Positions 39,601 through 53,200 are shown, numbered from the stretch's first letter. The stretch is 64,000 nt of DNA from Dicyema japonicum (GCA_011109175.1 RDEW01000006.1:1634133-1698132), one strand, 5' to 3'. Numbers and translations are program-made. Notes: a model not told the origin generated them from the letters alone.

Positions 39601-40554
39601 AAAGAAAGTATTAACTCGCTGAATTAAGTGATTCCAGCCTCCAACATCTCTCGAATTCTCTTCGAATGCTCCGCCGGTGAATTAACAGCGATCCTGAAGT
39701 GTCTTCTTTTATTTCTGCAGAGGAATTCTATCGGAGTGCACTTTTTTAATGCCGATTTGAATTCCTCCGCATAAATCACCCTCTCTGTGAATAGGTTTCC
39801 TAGCTCATTGCATATACGTAGGAAACCCTGGCCATTTCTCACCTTCTCCTCATCTGAAAAGAGACTAAGGGTGGATGTGGAGTTCATACGCTCGACTACG
39901 CTCGACTCTCGTAGAAGTAATCACCCGCATAATAACTAAAATTTGTAATTTAAATTTTAAGTAAAATTTATTATTTTTAAATAATTTTTATTAAAAGACC
40001 CTTGACTTTGGTGGAGATTTACCAGATGCTCTGAAAATATTTACAGACACAATCAGAAAAGGCGATTGATAATAAATGAAGTGTTCCATCTAGACAATTT
40101 TAGGCAAAACATGTGCTCGTATTAATTTAAAGCTTAGAAATTCCATGAGTCCGTTAAGTTTTTGATTACATAATGCGTTTTCAATTTTGGGAGTGAACAC
40201 TCTCGACCGAAATGAAATTATTCAAAGACCAGACATAGAACGAAACAACTAATCCCGTGATACTGACGCGTTCCAGTAGAGCCCTCATCAAAAATAATGA
40301 TCCAGAGGACATTTTCCTCGGAAACTGAAGTCGACCCCAGACTTTGTCGTTAGGGAGCGAAATAGTCACCCGATGGAATGAAGAGGTGGATACTTTTTAA
40401 TACAGGCCAGCCATTTGGCGTCTCATGAGTTAGATAAAATACTCCATCAGAAGGAAGGAAGAGAAATTTTCAATAAAGTAGTCACGTGGCACAACACGGC
40501 CGTTGATTCCTCTTGACTCAAAGAAACCTTCATTAATTAACACCAGACTTAATA

Positions 40555-41000
40555 AAAAGTCAAATATTTGCCAGACTCACAAATGCCGGTGTGGTGGTAT
40601 TGTCGTCTGTTATGGAAATCATGCCCTCTCTTGTCGAAGAAGTACAGGACGAGTCCCAAGACATTAGACAATCAACGGAATTGTTAAGCAATCCCTGGAG
40701 TCTGCTGTATGCCTCTTCATCCTTGAACCTGTTGGTTTGGACAGAGGAGACGGAAAATGGCCTTCCGGAATCACAATTTTTCCATTCGAGGAGGCGAATT
40801 TTTTGAAAACAATGAGGGAAAATGAGATAAAATACGAAGCGATGCCTGATCGGTTCACGTTCTACCTCATCGTTGTTGAGACAACAGGGTGAATAAGCGG
40901 GAATCGCTACGTTTCCTAAAAAAATTGGACGTTTAGCTACATTAAAGAGCCACGACACACGTGAGACTCGGTGGCTTTTCCAGTTGAGATCGCGAGGGGA
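40555..41000 (+). mobile_element. CRE-clade CCHC plus restriction-like endonuclease (REL) fragment
   Basis: HKCRCGG...YGNHALSCRRSTGR, LEPVGLDRGDGK, YLIVVETTG, ETRWLFQL. Confidence 0.85.
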
Positions 41001-41305
41001 AATTATGTGGAGGGACTATTTTATTCACCTTCTCAGGTGACGCTAGTGCCAGGAAGGTGTGAAAAAGGATAATTTTCTCTCCCCATTAGAGGGTTTTCAC
41101 TACTGGGGAATAATACGAAACGGTAGGTTTTTCCACCGACTATTACCCATACAAAATAAATCAAAACAGATGATCTTTGAAGATAAGTACCAGATACTTT
41201 GGTTCGGTTTTTGAAACCTCGAATAAGATTTTCGATTGTTTCACCAACAGCACAACCATAGGGGAATCGTAATATGAGGATTTATCACGTAAGCAAGCTT
41301 TATAG

Positions 41306-42756
41306 CAGAGGTTGTCAAACGTGTGCCGCGAGACAATTTCTAGTGTGCCGCCTGCCAAATACAAATTTGAATAAATCTATATACATTTTTTGACCTAATT
41401 AATTTAAAAATATAAACAAATTAAAATAATTACTAAAATTAAAATAATCATTTTTTTATTATATATTAAATGACATTTACATTGGTTAACCATTATTTAT
41501 TAATTTTTTAATAACGTGCGCATCAACGTGCTATGGGTAAATCAGTTTGTCGTTCTTATAAAAATTTCTATTTGTCATTTGGATTTATATGCAAAGATAA
41601 AAATGAACTACCTCAATGTCTAATTTGCATTGAAGTCTTGGCAAATGATGCTATGGTTCCTAGCAAACTAAAGAGATATTTTACTTCCAAGCATTCGGAC
41701 TATTCCGAAAAATCTGTGGATTATTTTATCCATTTGAAAAAACAACACAAGTATTATTCAGTTTTTACTATGAATCGTAGATCTAGTCAAATGATGTTCA
41801 GTAGAAACTTTTGTAAACACAGAGGAATCATTGAAATGTTCATACCTGATCTCAGAATTGATAGCAAAACAACTAAAACCTCACACTATTGGCGAAAACT
41901 TGATAATCCCTGCTTGTCGTATTATTGCTCGGACTATGTTTGGTCATAAGCATGAACAAAAAATAATGAAGATACCTTTGTCAGAAAACACTGTTTCTCG
42001 TCGGATTTGTGCTTTGTCGGAGAATATTGAAAATAATGTCTCATTTTCTATTAAAGAAACTCGGTTTTCATTACAACTTGATGAATCCACGGATATTTTT
42101 CCTAATACGAATGGTTTATTTTTTATTTTTTTATAATAAGGATATAATGGTGAATCGATAAAGGGACTGATTAATGAACATTTAATAATTTTGGAAAACA
42201 AATTGGATGCTTATTTTCCAGACTTGGAAATTGAAAAATTCGATTTTTTTAAAATATTTTTTAGATACGAAATCCTTTGTTTGTGTAGAATCAACAATTA
42301 TCTGTTAAAGAAAATGAAGAACTTATTGCACTGTTTAATGATCGATCCTTAAAATTAATGATGAGGGAGTTAGACATTGGAGAATTCTGGATATATATTC
42401 GAAACATATATCCCAGTTTATCAAAACAAGCATAATTTTACAGTTTTCAACGACCTATTTATGCGAAACAGGTTTTTCTACGCTGCATAATATGAAATAT
42501 AACAAACGTGAAAATTTGAGAAACATTGATGTTGAAATGTGGATGGCTTTGTCAACTATTCGACCTGATATTGATGATATGTTCAAAAACAATAATAATT
42601 AAGATTTCATTTTTTTATTAATAAAAATTTATGCATTAAATTACCAATTTTTGTACTTAGTTTTACACATCTTAAAATTTTAATTTTTTAATGTGTGCCG
42701 TGGATTATTTTTTTTACGATTAGTGTGCCGCGAGAACTATTTTTTGAAAAGCTCTG
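41306..42756 (+). mobile_element. hAT transposon, Buster/Charlie family, internally deleted, both ends intact
   Basis: Left TIR cagaggttgtcaaac; right end tttgaaaagctctg (reverse complement cagagcttttcaaa); perfect 8-bp TSD CTTTATAG (41298-41305 and 42757-42764) with the Buster nnnTAnnn pattern. Subterminal gtgtgccg motifs. Transposase remnants PQCLICIEVLANDAMVPSKLKR, KPHTIGENLIIPAC, IPLSENTVSRRI, FSLQLDESTD, TYLCETGFS. Confidence 0.94.
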
Positions 42757-43084
42757 CTTTATAGCAAAATTACGCGTTTTCTCAAATTCCTTGAGAGTTA
42801 AGTCTCTCCTTCTTGAGTCATACCATCCGAACATTCCTGGAAGTATTTCGGAGTTGAAGACATAAACAAGGGCCTCCCTCTGACTCGAGCTTTAACTTTC
42901 TTACTCAGAACGGAGAGTTTATCCCAGGTTCTGGGCGGACTTGTGTTATATTGGAAGGACTCAGCTTCTGAGATAGTGGGACTAGTTACGCTTAATTGGA
43001 TTATTTAAATTATTACTAAATGCTTGAGATCTTCTATTTTATAGAATTATTTTAGAATCGATTTAATTTTAATTATTCAAATGT

Positions 43085-43400
43085 GAAAGGCTTCTGAATC
43101 ATCCACACGAAGATGCGAATGGAGTGGCGCTTGATCAATGCCCTCCCAGTCGGTAGCGTCGGCGCTCACCTTGATGACGATACTGTCCTCACCGGTAACT
43201 TCATCAGACTTGGACTGAAGATTGGCCAGACTCACAAGTGCCTGTGTGGTGGCACCGTCGACTGTTATGAACATCATGCTCTTTCTTGCCGAAGAAGTGC
43301 AGGACGATTGCCAAACATAAGGCGATCAAAGGAATTGATAAGCGAACCCTGGAGTCTACTGGATACCCTCCATACTTGAACCTGTTGGCTAAAAGTTAAT
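43085..43400 (+). mobile_element. CRE-clade CCHC/REL fragment
   Basis: LINALPVGSVGAHLDDDT...RLGLKIGQTHKCLCGGTVDCYEHHALSCRRSAGR; homologous to 40560-40740. Confidence 0.85.
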
Positions 43401-46400
43401 TGGGATCGCTGGTGGATCACTCGAAGGGAGTCTGGGAGTTACTAGATTCACTACCCTTCGTAGAAAATAATATATGCTCCTAAATCTGACCTAACCCAAA
43501 CATTGGGGGTAATTTCGTATAAAATAGTGATACAAAACTAAATATCTGTTCGAAATGTAGCCACAGTCTCCAAGTAATATAAAGGGGGGACAGCACCCTC
43601 AGGAGCGCTGCTTGTAGACAACCCTTAGCAACAGAGTCTATAAAAGCTGCACAATCCGAGATCTTAAAGGCTGTAATACAAAAAAATATTAAAAAGAAAA
43701 ATTGTTAAAGTCACGAGTTAATGAATCCACGGAAGGGGTGCCCAACGTGTTATTCGGTTTTCGTAATCGATAGTGAAGTGACGGCTTAATTAAAAACAAC
43801 TCTAACTGCGAACTCACTCAGTTTGCAAATACAGAACATGGCTATTTCTGTAGTTTCACTGGTTATCTGCCATCTAAAGCCATCGCTATTCAGTTCCCTC
43901 TCTATTGTAATTCCAAGATCTGCAGTGAACCCTCGAGGGATCAGTATTATTTCCCAAAATTTCTGAACTGAGTGTCACATTATACCTTGTAAGTGTCTAT
44001 CGTTCCCGGGAGATTGATATCTGTCGAAAAATACATGTCTTGGAATATACTACTACCATTATTAATAGAAGAGTCTAAATTACAGAGAGGAAAACAACAT
44101 TCCATGATGGCATACCCACGATTAATCCAATTTATATTGTTATCGACTATTTTAATGCTAATTTTTTCAGATTTGTTGACGAGTTCCTGTATTTCCTATA
44201 GACTTAGAAAATCAATGTCTGTTATTATTAGAATTGATTTCCACTAAGATTTCATTAATTTATCAACCCGTCTATAAGGAAGTTACTGTATTCAGTTCCC
44301 ACGGTCGCAGAAGGGAAATTCCTATCAATGCCACACAAGTACATTCTGAATTACCGGAAAGGGACGAACATGTCAAGCCTTTGAAGCTGCGAGAATCAAT
44401 CTAGTGGAGTAGGAGAGAAATGATCATTTTGCATCCACTTTGGCCAGTTGAGACAGATGGATCACATGAAGCAACTCTAGTAGAACATGGGAAGAGGGGG
44501 AACAAAGGAAAGAAAGAGAAATCTTCAATCAAGCAGCCACATGGCAGCATGTGAAATTTCGTGTCTCTTAAATTGTATTAAGAATCCAACGGGATATCAG
44601 CAACGTATGTAGACGAGTAGTCCTCTGAGGGTCTTTGGGATCATTGTTCATAAGGCAACGATCTCAGGAAGTTAGTACTTTGTTGCTCCAAAGACTCAAA
44701 CGACACGGGAGGATACGAGGTCGGGTTTTCTTTCAGTGCAAGTGCTGTTTTTTGACAATAGGAGGATTTGCGGAATTTCTACGGAGGTGCATTGCAGTTA
44801 TAACGACCAAATTGGACTCTTCCAGATATTATGGGGGTAGAGACTATAATTTAAATTTTTATTTGTTTAAATATATAATAAATTGGCGGTACTTTGATTT
44901 CTTGTGATGTGATGAGGCGAAATAATCAAACACTCAGAAGAGCAGTTTCCTTGGAAAATGTGACTGTTAGCCGAATAAGAAGAAATCATTCTCTCGATCC
45001 AATCAATTCCACAAGAAGTTCAATTTCTTCACCAAAGTCTGAAGTCCACATTATCGAATACAGTCGCTACATCCGCTCGCTCAAAACCTTAGAAGAAATA
45101 GACGCAGAATCTGACATCTCCCACTGACTGTAATTCTCAATTCTTACATTTAGTCCAAGGTATTCCAGAAAAGGGAACAACTCGCAGAGACGAGACAAAA
45201 ACACGTGCAAATTAAACTGGAGTTGACTCAGGGAACGATCTCTGATCATTATCGTAAATACTATCGAGTAAATTCCGTGATAACAGCAGAGAGTGTGGTT
45301 GGTTTGCCGTGAATTGGGAGCCGACATAATAAACGGGGGAAAGCTGAAGCGATTTTTGCCGGATAACGCGGTTATTCTAGAAAATTGGACTCATGTGGCC
45401 TTAGAGATGTTAAAGTGTCGCATATCTGGGCTCTTGGAGGACTCTAAATCTCTACTGGGCTCCTCGATGGGAGGAGAGGAATTTTTGGCTGATTTGGAAG
45501 CGGGATATGAGTTCGGGGACCAGAAAGGATCTATGTTGAGGCTGATTGACGAGTGAGGCTTAGAGAGTAAATTTAGACTGGAGTCGCTTAGTAAATTGAT
45601 GGAGTTGTTGTTGGTTTTTATTAAGTTTGATAAATGTTCTGATTTTTGATTTTATTTGATTTTTGTAGGGGGTGTTTATTTGAGTGTCTGAGGGTAGAAT
45701 TTTGACACGTGGTTTGTTAGATTAGTTGTTGATTTTATTATTTTATGTTGTAGTGTTGATGATTGGGGATCGACGAAGCGGGTTTCCATTTTCTCACAGA
45801 CGCGAAGAAATCCAGAATTACCAAATTGGCAGTCAGAAAAATTTATAGAATGCTATTTCTTAATGCTTGAGTAGTTTATTCGCCACAAAAGTGGTTAATT
45901 AACTAGAAGGTTGTAATGTACCCTATTCCACAAATACCTCTCTTTCTTACCTCTTTTCATAGTTATAGGGTAACAGTTAACATGATTCTGGGTCAATGTT
46001 ATTCGACATTGAAGATATCGGAAAACCCTCTCTCGCTAGGGAACCATAAGATGCCGAAATAATAGCACCGTCACCAGACTTGCTATGTTGTCATGTTGTA
46101 ACACTGGGTATTTGGTCAAGGGTTTCTCTTTTTTTCTGTTCCTTATCTTGGCCATAAAGTCCACCTATCTCAGGTGACCTCCAGCCCCGGGAAGATACGA
46201 AAAAAGTTCATTTACTTCCTTTCACTCCATTGGAAGGGTTCCCACAGCTGCAAAGACTGTATGCTTTCTTTCCTTTCTCTGTTTCTTTGTGATATCGTAA
46301 AGTCCCTTCTGAGACCGTTGGAACTAAATATATTTAATTTGTCGCTAACTGTCTTCTCTTCATTGTATGCGCTAATACATTAGGAGTAGCAGCATATCGG

Positions 46401-46879
46401 CAATGGCTATAATTACAATCCAACCAACAGTTATTTAGGGAAAATAACCGATTTTACGGATGGTTTATTGATTTTTATAATAATTTTTCATTTAATTTAG
46501 AAAGTGTTGCAAAGGTGCCCACGCCGCAATACCAACTTTTAAGGCACTTGTGAGGAGAACGGGAGCCCTATTGACACCTCTGAAATTCCCAAAAAGTGTA
46601 TTGTAAATACAGGCTCAGACACCCTTCCAAAAAACCCCTTAACTTTTGTTAATAAATTGTTGTTGTTATTGAGATTGTTAGGACATTGGAAGGATTTTTA
46701 AAATATGTTGGGGCTCTTGACCAAACCAGACAGCTCTTTCCTGGATATTATGTCTCCTTTCGAATTGCAGCAGAATGGGTTCTACTGGAATTTCGTTAAT
46801 TAGAAAAAATTAATCAACGACAAAATTGATTAATGACGAGAAAATCAACTTTTAAATAACTTAATGCAAATTTACTTTA

Positions 46880-48553
46880 ATGATTTGTTAGTAAAATTTC
46901 TGATTTTAAGGGCTCCTCGGGCTGCTTTTCTCGTTCTGTCAAAACCTTACTCCAAAAATCATAATAAAGAAACCTCGCATCAAAGTCACTGTTAGCATCA
47001 AGACCACTTCTAAAAGTGATCTTATAAATTTTAGAGAACAGCTTCAACAATTGAAAGTCGGCCTATTGTCTCTGCACAGGTGAACCACGCCAATTTCCAA
47101 AACCCCCAAAGTTCCGGAATAACGAGGGGACCACACGTGGACGAGCACAATTTTAACTTATCCCCAGAGTAAATATTGCTGTCAGATTAAGCAAGAAAAT
47201 TATAAAAATGATCACTTCGGTGGAAGCCTGCCCCAATGTTTCATGCGTTGAAGATTTCTCCTCAAATATTTACAGCAATAAAATAATGGGGGATCCTTTT
47301 GACGTAGTCTTCGTCAAAGACTCCGTAAAAGTCATCCTTTCTATCTCCAATTTTCCAGGTATCAAAAATTGACTAAATCTAGTAAATTCTCAATTAACCG
47401 TGGCCGATCTTAAAAACTCTGACGTCCACATATACGGAATAATTTACTGCAAATTAAAAAACGGAAAAAAACGAGACCATCAACGCCACGGTGAGTTACA
47501 GCGTTTCAAACACCACTATGAAGGGACATTTATGCGTCTATTTCGACATGGTTTCTGAACAATGGTCCACTTTGGGATGCTCGGGAAGCTCTAAGAATGG
47601 AGTATTTGTTTGCACGTGCAATCACTTATCAGTCTTTGCCATCCTTGTGGTATCACTGGTTATCCTAATAGAACCCTAACGTGGAGAAGCGGTTGTCGCC
47701 TACACAGAAATACCAGCTATCGATGATATCGAAAATTGGATTGCTCCTCTCGGCTGCCTTTGAGTATCTGGCCATGGGACTGATATTTCTCTTCTGGAAG
47801 TAATAGTCTGAGTTACTTCCAAGGAATTCTAAAAAATCCATTACTCAGATGTACTTTCTTCAGCTGTGTTTTTGTCTTTACATGCTCAATTTCTCTTTTC
47901 TAGGGATTACGTCGGGTATAGACGATTTATCATGCAAAATCAGTGGATGTTTCCTCCACTACTTCCTGCTTGCCTCGTTCTTTTGGATGTGTGCCAACGC
48001 CTTCTACCACTACATGATCCTGGTTAAAGTGATTGGGTTGAATTTCACGATACTCAAAATACTGACCCCCCTGGCCACGTGGAGTATTCATATTTTACCA
48101 ATTTAGTTCTACCGGCTGTCATAGTCCTGCTATCCTACGAATTGAGCGATAACTTGTACCATATCAAAGACAACATGTAAGCCCACGTGATAATTTTAGC
48201 TGTTGGATTCGCGGGACTTCACTCTATCTGTCTGTTTACCTTCCAATAATAATCGTGATCGTGATAAATATTTACATTTTTATTAAAATCTTATTAACTT
48301 TTGAAGGAAACATACCTCTTCCCAGGAAAAAGAGGATGAAGACATTATTTCTGCTTTTTATGTCATTTGGTACCCCATGAGGCTGATTCTAGGATTCACG
48401 TGGGTTTTTGGTTTCGTCATGTTGTTTCAAACAAGCGTGATTATCATTTATATATTTTGTGCTCTTAATGCATTCCAGGGATTTTTTATAATCTTATTTC
48501 GGTCATTTGACGACCCCTTTTTGAGGAATTTAATATGTCCCTATGTTTACTAA
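46880..48553 (+). CDS. Adhesion GPCR (family B2) with signal peptide, short ectodomain, GPS motif and 7TM
   Basis: Signal-like MIWLLGLLFSFCQ; GPS CVYFD...WSTLGC...CTCNHLSVFAILV; 7TM motifs CKISGCFLHYFLLASFFWMCANA, CWI, GFTWVFG, LNAFQGFFI. Introns at 46887-46910, 47080-47111, 47169-47191, 47359-47382, 47650-47671, 47800-47823, 48084-48106, 48177-48199, 48370-48392. One frame conflict near 47465-47471 (A7 run) is solved either by one extra A or by a 52-nt intron 47424-47475. The 5' exons are less certain than the GPS/7TM part. Confidence 0.87.
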
Positions 48554-48639
48554 TATTTCTAATATAAAGTAATTAATTTAATTTTAATATTATTAATTTC
48601 TGAAAATTTTTTAAATTTTATATTTGGTTGAGGTGGTGA

Positions 48640-49100
48640 CGTCTCTTTATCGCACGTCATGAGATCGGGACATCCAGAAGGCCACAGAAAGAATACAAAT
48701 TAACCCGGCCCGGCTTAATGACTGGATAATGGAAAACAGGCTCATGGTGAATGCAGAGAAGTCGTCTACGTCCTTTTTTATCTTTGACGAAAGATTGGGA
48801 AGGAAGTCAGTCACCTTGAAGTCAAACAAGGTCGACATCCCTTTCAACAGATGTCAAAGGATCTTAGCTGTGACAATCGAGATGCATCTCTTTTTGACAC
48901 AACATGTAGTAAACATTCCTTTGAAATGCGAGAAGAAACTGAACGTTTTGAAAAGTTTATCGGGAATATGGAAGAGTGGTACTCACCAGTCCTGATGAAC
49001 GTGTACAAACAGTACATCGAACCATGTTTCTCATATGCATGCGCCTCATCTTGGACAAATATGAGGAAATGCAAAAGAGGGCTTACAGAGTAACGGAACG
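48640..49100 (+). mobile_element. APE-type LINE (CR1/L2/I group) RT C-terminal fragment; family members at 62700-62990 (-), 63790-64000 (+), 5400-5750 (+)
   Basis: WIMENRLMVNAEKS, HVVNIPLKCEKKLNVLK, YKQYIEPCFSYACASW. The 62641-62961 ORF has ILGLTFDTHM...HVTNVLNKCEKKINLLK...YSQYIEPCISYACASW. Confidence 0.8.
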
Positions 49101-50479
49101 TTGGATTTGTGAAGATCACCGAACCGGACCGACGGCTCCGGAGGTCCTTATGAGACTAGACTCCAGATCATGGGAATGTGGTTCTAAAAAATCAGTCAGC
49201 CGTCCAGTACGTTCATGCGCGGGCACGAGGGAAGAACAAATGAGATCGCTGTTAGAATACATGTGATAATTAGTTTGGTTTTACCGTGGTCTTGGGTTGT
49301 TAAATAAGAATAAATGTCTATATCAGCCTGTCGAAGATCCCCTCCTTTTACTCATGCTCATATACGTGCGCAGACTCGACTATGATGTAGGGAAACATCA
49401 GCTATGCCATGATCTACTTAAATATGGCTGTCCGTCTGCTGCTTGCAAGAGATCAAAATAAGGCAGTACTATAAAAAATATTGGTGAATACGACTTATTT
49501 CTCAAATCCGACTCTGCACACTATGGACTTTGGTTTTTCGCCCATAAGGAGATTCTACCAAATGTGAGCTCAATGCGGAGAGTAAATGATAATTTCAGTG
49601 ATGAGCTAGCAAAAACTCAAATATCTCTATTATAAATATATATTCCCCCATTGAGTCAGAGTACCCAGAACATTGAAGAAGCGGATTAATTATATAGTCT
49701 TCTTCCATGTTTGCACGAGATTGCCCTCATTCCGTTCTCTGGTATTTGGAATGCAAAGCGTACAGGGCACATTCTGGTGAACTCTGTATTGGCACGTATG
49801 GAAGGTTCCTGGTGATTCTTGAATTATGCGGCTGAAATGATTTATCTGTACAACACCACATTCAGCATCCAGCAAGACACATAACCACATGAACTAGGAC
49901 GAGACGAAACCAGAACGCGGATATGATAAATATATAAAATCAGATAGATTATGTGGCTTGCAGAAGAGACCAAACGAGATTGCTCATCGACTCAAGATCG
50001 TATAAATGACATCAATGTACTACCTGCTACACGAAAGATAACTTCAAAGGACTATTCGACGTCCAGGGAGTTGAGCTTGAGTTCATGATCAAAGACCATT
50101 CCATCGGTCTTGAAAACCCACAGTGTTCTGACAGAATCAAGGATAAAGCTATGAATTTTTATCTCCAAACCAAAGTGGATTTTGCAATGGAAGATCTACC
50201 GCAGTCTGAGCACATAGGTGGTTCACTGCCACGTGTCAGAAATATAAAATTGATCGACACGGTAAACAGAAATAGTGTTAAAAGTTATAGAAGCTTGATG
50301 AGACACGTGTAATCCATGTAATAAGCCATTACACATGTGAGACTTTGGGTCATTTTGGTTGTATTTTTGGAGTATAATCCCCTGCCGACATTATGGTCTC
50401 GGATTTGCAGTCCATCAGGACCTGATTCACTACGTTACAAGGGTGTGGACAGCATCTGATATTATAATGGAAATGGCGG

Positions 50480-50615
50480 ACGACCTGGACTATAAGAGAA
50501 CTAGTGCGCAGAGAAGATCATGGTCGAAGCTAACGGAGAGGATGGTTCGGAATACGGCACAAGGAAACTTAACTAATTTTATGTTTTTTTCGGGAGTGCT
50601 TTTTAATAATAATTA
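50480..50615 (+). mobile_element. RTE-like LINE 3' end
   Basis: Aligns to 4030-4160 (gacctggacta..taagagaactag.gcgca...catggtcga...cttaactaa...gagtgcttttaataataa). Confidence 0.82.
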
Positions 50616-51149
50616 ATTCTTCAAGATCATTGGGGTTACTTACGACTTTCTAATGACCTCCTCTCACCACGCTTAAAAAGTCTTGACCAATGGACTCGTG
50701 ATGTTGAATGTATTGAGGCAATTTTAAAGAAGTTTCCCTTTCTACATGTGGACTCCTGATTGTATATCCAGGTAATCACTCCAACAATTGAATATGCTTC
50801 CCACGTGGATATTTTCGATATCCTCTTCAAACTCAATAAAATAAATTCACTCAGGGGGAGAAATACGCCTGAGACGTCTAACTCCGCTAGGAAGTCATAA
50901 CATCCGTTAACACAGTGGTTTCTTTAGTTGATACATAACTTAATAAATGTTCTTGGTGGGAGTACCAGATTCCTGCTGTGTTTTTTGTGTCCCTTTAATG
51001 ACTGGAAAATCTGATAATTTCTCGTTAATTCGTGGACGCAGTTATGTTTAAACGCAAAAGGTTGGTAATTTACCCCAAATACGTGACTCTTAAAATATGA
51101 TATTCATTGATCCTTCACCCTTCTATAAGAGGTTTCAGGGAGAGTATTG

Positions 51150-51476
51150 TTAATTGATTATTAAAAGCATCATCGGAGAAATAATGGTCATTGATATTCC
51201 TGTGCTCCTGTACCAGATCCTACGTACTAACCTTCTCCACCAGTTTCCGTTATGCGTTTTCTTACGGAGAGTGATATGAGTGATGTTTATTCCATCCTGT
51301 ATTTTCATCAATCGTTTGAATATCATGTCGTGCCCACAATGGTCTATCCTCTTGTGAACGGAAAAAACAAGTCCATAGTAAGGAGAATCGGATTTGAGGA
51401 ACATTAGGTCGTTCTTGGTTTGGTTTCTTGCAAACAGCAGATTAAGAGACCCTAGTATAACTGATGTTTTCCACAA
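51150..51476 (-). mobile_element. Integrase zinc-binding (HHCC-type) fragment, Gypsy/Ginger-like
   Basis: VHKRIDHCGHDMIFKRLMKIQDGI resembles H..xGH.G.d.t...l...y.gi. Confidence 0.55.
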
Positions 51477-51709
51477 AAATTAATTAGTTTAAAGTAATAT
51501 AGTAGATCGTAATTTTTTCAATGAATTTTATTTAAAAAAAAGAACGACAAACCTCACTTTTACAAGAAACCGAGACTAAGCTTGTATAACACATTGGTTA
51601 AGCCTGAGCTGCCATACAACGCGAATACTTGGGCCTACGTGGAAACAGACTCAGGATAACTAGACTTTTTACCAAACACAAATGAGACTAACAACAAATT
51701 CCAATGAAA

Positions 51710-51862
51710 GCCGCGGAATCAGATCGTCCATACAGAGCATACACCCAACAACAAAAAAAGGAGTGAAGAGCATTCTTTGGTCTCCCTCTACGATTAGTTA
51801 TCATAACTGTTCTTTACTTAAATGCGTGCCTGTCTGATCGGAGCTATAGCTAATATGGCTCT
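51710..51862 (+). repeat. Repeat family A, copy 4
   Basis: cattctttggtctccctctacgattagttatcataactgttctttacttaaa...ggagctatagctaatatggctct. Confidence 0.82.
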
Positions 51863-52879
51863 GTGCAGTTTTTTTAATTTATGTGGACAAAAATTGTCCG
51901 CGTGGTGCCATGTGGTAACCTGATTGAAGATTTCTCTTCCTTCCCTCTGGTGGTATTATTGGATCCACATTACTCATGAGACGTCCATGCCTGGCCTGCA
52001 TTCAAAAAGATCCATCTATTCATTTCCTCTGGAGATAATTTCACTCCCTGTCGACGAGTTCTAAAATCGACATCAGCTCCTTCGACAACGCTCTCTGGAT
52101 CACTGCGCTTGGGTAAGGGTTCTGCTGGAACGCATCAGCCTCAAGGAATTAGTTTGGTTTTACTCCTAGTCTTTTGAATAATTTAATAATTTAGTTGACT
52201 AACAAAAAAGATTTGTCGATTAAAATTTGTCAAAACTGTGCGAGTTACCACACCGCAAAAAACCCTAACCCTTACCAATCCGAGAAGATTCCTCCCTTTT
52301 GACAACACCCTTCTTGATCCTATCAATTTAACTTTGTGGAATCTTTCCTGATCCTAGCTGGGGATGACGAAATGAATCCCAGTCACACAAGGGTCTAACC
52401 CTCATGCGACTGAACATAAACTGAGTAAAAGATAACTAAATCGCGTCGATTTTTACTCATAAAAAAGTGGCATTTGTTTTCTACAAAAACAAGGTTTACT
52501 TATTATTCACTCTCCTCCTAGTTATAAAGTTATCAGACGAGACCACCCATCCTGTAGCTTATGAGGACTCAGAAAGGGATCAAATAAGACGTGAAGATCA
52601 AATTTGACAACATACTCCAACCCACCGATCATTCCGAGATCTCTGTACGATTAGACATTGAAGTAGTCATGATTATGAACATATACGCTACCCTTCCAGT
52701 ACCTACCCAAAGGACTTCACGATCTCCCTGGATATACACCTACCAATGAGCAACCTTTGATTAACAAGTGTCCTTCGTATTCTCCTGAGAACTCACTTGT
52801 ATGCGCCATTTAATTGCCTGTGTGGTTCACTCAGTGTTACGTCCGTCATGAACAGGTGAAGTGTTCATTTGCCTATAAA

Positions 52880-53200
52880 AAGCATAATATTGGTGAGTCA
52901 CTTTTAAAGGGGGATTTTTCAAGGAGATAGTATGTCGCCACTACTCGTCGTGATCTGTCTCGAACCTTTGAGGAGACTCTTCAATGCCCAAATCGAACCT
53001 AATTCATGAGGAGATTTGATGAGGCTGCTAGAAGACCATGACGGATATAAATACCGTGGTATTACTTAGAGCCATCCGTCTCTGATTCTCTCTGAGATCA
53101 AAAAACGAATAAGTGACGAAATAAGGACTAAGGCATCAATCCTTTACAAGACTTAACTGAACGCACGGAATTTGTTCCGAATGAGCGTGCAATTTCTTCG
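52880..53200 (+). mobile_element. R4-clade RT fragment (others at 1270-1860 +, 34150-34250 +, 35650-35900 -)
   Basis: LLVVICLEPL, GYKYRGI, LNARNLF; IDDLKLL and YKFLG at 1270-1860; LRPITCMSSLYKL at 34150; ESYRYLGVL at 35800 (-). Confidence 0.65.

Noticed and set aside
44920-44980. CBM21/PP1-regulatory motif (SLENV)
   Set aside because: The downstream CBM21 residues are absent.
47463-47472. Programmed -1 ribosomal frameshift at the A-run in the GPCR
   Set aside because: The required shift is +1, not -1; a homopolymer error or an intron is simpler.
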